Assembly: GCF_963921235.1 (NCBI RefSeq)
Contig: NC_086097.1
Location: 135,720,001-135,784,000, forward strand
Origin: Mobula hypostoma
Taxonomy: Eukaryota
Reading direction: 5' to 3'
Length of the DNA stretch: 64,000 bases
Positions 61,841 through 64,000 of this stretch are shown one piece after another; positions within the stretch are counted from its first letter, which is position 1; each line of letters opens with the position of its first letter. The position numbers and the translations under genes are program-made. The notes beneath the pieces were generated by a model. It saw only the letters and a program-made list of their open reading frames with translations, was not told the DNA's origin and did not search any database.

Positions 61841-63117
61841 GAGCACTCTTTTCAATTACTCTAGCAAAACTTACTCTTCTCTTCACATTCCGCCACCACT
61901 CCCCCCCCCCAACATTGGGCAGAAAATTCTAAAGCCTGAAATCACATAGCACCATGCTGAGGGACAGCTTCTGTTCAGCTGTTGTTAGACTATGGAATAG
62001 ATCTCCTGTACACCAAGATGGACTCTTGATTTCACAGTCTACTTCGTCATGGCCTTGCGCTGAAATGCCCGCACTGCACTTTCTCTGTTACTGTAACACT
62101 CTATTCTGCATCCTGTTACTGCTTTCCCCTTACATCACCTCAATGTAGTGATGTGTTGAAATGATCTGTATGGATGGCATGCAGAACGAAGTTTTTCACT
62201 CTACCTCAGTACATGTGACAGTAATAAACTAGTTAGTAAAATTTGCCAAGTCGTAGTCTTGTTAAGCTATAAAACTCAGCTACACATCATTGCCTGCTCT
62301 TGGGGTTGTACAACCTGCTGCTGCTTCTATCCCTTACATTCCTTGTCCCATTACCATTGCTAGGACACCTCAGGGTGGCAGTAGACCTTGGGCTACAGAC
62401 TGCTGCCAAGAAACAGGTCTCCCAAATTTCCACTCTCAATGTGCAAGCCATGTGAAAGACTCTGAGATTAATTATGACAAGTGAGAGAGTACATGTGCTG
62501 GTGATGTTAGCTGTGGATAGGGCTAGGTCATCTTGTCGATCGGCAGTTTCAACAGCTCCATTGTAGGCAGCAGTGACTTAATCTGTTCGCAGAACTAAGG
62601 ATACATGACATCATCGTCCCTTGAGACTTCCAGACATTCATCTCGGTCTTTCCAAATCTGTCTTGTGTACATACGGAAGAGTGAGCTATGAACAGGCGTC
62701 GGCTACTCACCTCCTTAAGCCTGCTCCACCATTCAAGTAGCCTGATCTAATTATTCCCTTCAATCCCAGTAACCTTTCACAACACCCCGCCTTACTTATC
62801 ATAAATCTATCTACAGTTGCCATTAAAAGATCCAAGGCTCGATAAAAGAGAGAGTTCCAAAAGCTCACAACAATCAGAGGGACAATTTTCACTTTCGCTA
62901 CATGGTGACCATTATTTTTAAACCATTAATCCTAATTTTAGATCCTCCCTCAAGAGGGAACGTCCTCTGTGCATGCACACTCCTGAGATCCCTCAGGATC
63001 TTATCTGTTTCAGCCACGCCCCCTTTCACTCTTCCGTTGCAGTGGGCTCAAGCCTTATCTTCACGACCATCCCCCATTAGATAACCTGCCTATTGCATCC
63101 ATTATTTTGGTGCTGAA

Positions 63118-63684
63118 TGTACCACGGGTCAAGAATGATGAGTTCGGAGAAGTACATAAAGGTACGGAAGGCGCTGGCGTGGAGGGCTATGAAAGACATG
63201 AAAGAAATCTGGAAGTCGAACCTGACCAGAGGGCTTAAAAAGAGGATCTTCATAGCAGTCATAGAGTCCATCCTCACGTACGGATGTGAGACGTGGACAC
63301 TCACCAAGACTATGCGATGGTTGCTATACACGAATGCTCCGGATGGCTCTTGACGTGAGTTGGCAACAGCACACGACGAACGTCGAGCTCTGTAATGACC
63401 TATTGATGCTCACCACCAAAATCGAGGTGAAAAGACTGCAACTAGCAGGGCACTGTCTACGCCACCCCGAGCCACCTGCCAGCCTAGTCATCACATGGGA
63501 GCCCAAGCACGGGAGGATGAACCCTGGGCGCCCTCCCAAGACTATGGTCAACACGCTCCTAGAAGACAGCTGCGCGGCTAATGTAGATGAACTGAACACA
63601 CTGATGAGGGAGAGGGAGAAGTGGAGAGTCTGTCATCGTGCGCGACGCCGGCCCCCTAGACCTGAGTTGACGTCGTAGTAGTGG
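63118..63684 (+). mobile_element. RTE-clade LINE 3' fragment
   Basis: ESILTYGCETWTLTK, YTRMLRMAL.VSW, RLQLAGHCLRH, GRPPKT, REKWR; (gta)n-like tail. Confidence 0.88.
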
Positions 63685-64000
63685 TTTACAGAAACACAGT
63701 TTGTGCAAAGCCCTTGATGGAAGTTTGAAAGTTGAGTATTCATCAAGTCTTGGATTTATGACATTGGGACATCCGAGGTATCAACTGCCATCAGAAAGAT
63801 AAAAGGTCATCCAGATACCCTGGAATAAATTTATTAGCTTTGCACCCTTCCCCCACAGAGCAGTGCCATAGTGTAGCTACCTCTGTGCTCCCAGGTTCAA
63901 TCCTAACCTCCAGTGCCGAGTGGAGTTTGCACATTCTCCCTGTGACCACCTATGGGCATTGGTTTCCTCTCAGATCTCAAAGCTCTTTGGATTAGGAGGT

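Overview
This is eukaryotic, almost entirely transposon-derived DNA. The repeat repertoire (CR1/L3 and Rex1/Babar LINEs, V-SINEs, hammerhead-bearing Penelope-like elements, L1, Tx1, RTE, Tf1/sushi-type Gypsy elements, a mariner MITE) is what I associate with cartilaginous fish, probably a ray (inference, no search run). I found no recognisable host protein-coding gene, rRNA, tRNA or CRISPR array. Every ORF I could recognise is a decayed TE fragment, so the window is probably intergenic or inside a long intron. The most interesting signals are mechanistic footprints. (1) A 274-bp TG...CA insertion with a 5-bp TSD consists of one LTR plus a 31-nt inverted copy of an LTR-internal segment, which may be an integrated strong-stop cDNA of a self-priming retrotransposon. 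(2) Two other Gypsy families carry self-priming (tRNA-independent) PBS signatures. (3) A young Penelope-like insertion has ~330-bp inverted arms carrying one intact and one mutated minimal hammerhead ribozyme. (4) A Rex1 LINE has a twin-priming-type 5' inversion. (5) There is a possible degenerate HDV-like ribozyme, a possible recursive splice site and a split 24-bp minisatellite. Boundaries of old repeats are approximate, and family names come from motif recognition, not database searches.
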